A stretch of 64,000 nucleotides of DNA, taken from NCBI GenBank assembly GCA_964480145.1, contig CAYZOI010000001.1:4530-68529 (forward strand), in the 5' to 3' direction. Below, piece by piece: positions 63,216-64,000 of this stretch (the first letter of the stretch is position 1; every line of letters starts with the position of its first letter). Position numbers and translations under genes: made by a program. The notes beneath the pieces are model-generated. The model worked only from the letters and a program-made list of their open reading frames with translations, made no database searches and had not been told where the DNA came from. This DNA is from an uncultured Dehalococcoidaceae bacterium (GTDB taxonomy: Bacteria; Chloroflexota; Dehalococcoidia; Dehalococcoidales; RBG-16-60-22).

Positions 63216-64000
63216 AAAAAATGGGGCTTTTTCTTATACTAGCTATAATGCTGGGTTCCACTCTGGCCGCCAGCGGGTATGCCTGGGCTACCAGCTCCGA
63301 GGGATTCCGCACCGTAGACCAGGATGTCTTTGATGACTGGGACATAAGCCGCACCCGGGCGGTTGGTGCCGATGGTTTCTATCAGGTATGCGAAACGGGG
63401 TTCCGCCCGGTCATTGCCTACGAAAGCCTGGGAGAAGAGGCCAACACAGCCTACCACATGGGCGAACAGATGCTAGGGCAATACCCGGACCGGATACAGA
63501 GAGCGGAAAAGATTTTTTACTATGTGCGCGACCGCGTCAGATACACACCGGACAAGGACCAGTTCCAGTACGACGAGTTTGCCCAGAATGCTGATGAACT
63601 GGCCGATAAAATAGCGCAAAATGGCTTTGGTCACGGCGACTGTGAGGACAGCGCCATACTGTTGGCCGTCATGTACAAAGGTGCCGGCTACCGTTCCGCA
63701 ATTGCCATCGCCCCCGGTCATACCGCCGCCATGGTCTATCTGCCGGAATATAAAAAGGGAAGCAGCTTTAAGATGAACGGCGAGGAGGGCTGGTTCTGGG
63801 CGGAAGCTACGGGCAAGAAAAACCCGCTGGGGTGGGTAGCCCAGGATTTAATCGCGGAAGAGCTTTACGCCTATGAAATAACCGATGAGCGCGTTACCCG
63901 TGCCGAGCCAACCGAAGCGCCGGCTACCATCATTACCGGCGGTGGTGGAGGCAGCGCCTCATTTCCCGTCCCGTTCTTCAGCATCATCATATTTTTATGG
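63212..64000 (+). CDS. secreted/anchored transglutaminase-like cysteine-protease-fold protein (3' partial)
   Basis: Not in the ORF track because it runs off the window. ATG63212 overlaps the DUF350 TGA (ATGA). Signal-peptide-like MKKMGLFLILAIMLGSTLAASG. ..GHGDCEDSAILLAVMYK..GH..A.. resembles a Cys-His-Asp transglutaminase core. Confidence 0.6.
   Translation, partial: MKKMGLFLILAIMLGSTLAASGYAWATSSEGFRTVDQDVFDDWDISRTRAVGADGFYQVCETGFRPVIAYESLGEEANTAYHMGEQMLGQYPDRIQRAEKIFYYVRDRVRYTPDKDQFQYDEFAQNADELADKIAQNGFGHGDCEDSAILLAVMYKGAGYRSAIAIAPGHTAAMVYLPEYKKGSSFKMNGEEGWFWAEATGKKNPLGWVAQDLIAEELYAYEITDERVTRAEPTEAPATIITGGGGGSASFPVPFFSIIIFLW

Noticed and set aside
1-64000. CRISPR arrays, tRNA/rRNA genes, transposases or IS elements
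   Set aside because: Scanning the intergenic regions by eye showed no regularly spaced repeats, no tRNA-like T-loop/acceptor patterns and no transposase-like ORFs. A computational scan (tRNAscan-SE, Rfam, ISfinder) would be needed to exclude small ncRNAs.

Overview
The window is a gene-dense, mostly high-GC bacterial chromosome segment with about 75 coding regions. I found no rRNA, tRNA, CRISPR array or transposase by eye. The gene content suggests an anaerobic Chloroflexota-like organism: rny-ymdB, separate secD/secF, a SpoIIM-like gene, EtfAB with a membrane FeS oxidoreductase, and a feoAB-fur unit. This taxonomic call is inference only.

Housekeeping blocks:
- purine salvage (hpt, ade, PRTase)
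- yceD-rpmF-fabD-fabG
- etfBA plus acyl-CoA dehydrogenase
- ispH and plsC
- a fur-feoA-feoB unit with a perfect 19-bp palindromic Fur-box-like operator
- secDF and cca
- a second beta-oxidation block (meaB, acyl-CoA dehydrogenase, DUF35, thiolase, membrane DsrMK/HdrD-like FeS oxidoreductase)
- plsY, PHP, ymdB, rny, recX, recA, nadE
- uvrC, xerD, pcm

The most interesting locus is 17.5-22.6 kb on the minus strand. A NurA-like nuclease gene and a HerA-like ATPase gene are separated by four extra genes:
- an unlisted 46-aa transmembrane micro-ORF
- a clearly low-GC cassette encoding a Zn-ribbon/coiled-coil DUF2130-type protein
- a 21-aa lysine-rich micro-ORF
- a 201-aa HAS-barrel-like protein translationally coupled to HerA

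The cassette is bracketed by similar G/C-tract hairpin repeats.

Two further low-GC islets exist. One is an AT-rich rsgA. The other is a two-gene islet between uvrC and xerD, bordered by motifs resembling the XerD arm of dif.

Several ORF-track starts were re-assigned, and several small ORFs and regulatory elements were read by hand. All functional calls rest on motif recognition from the translated ORFs. No database search was run.
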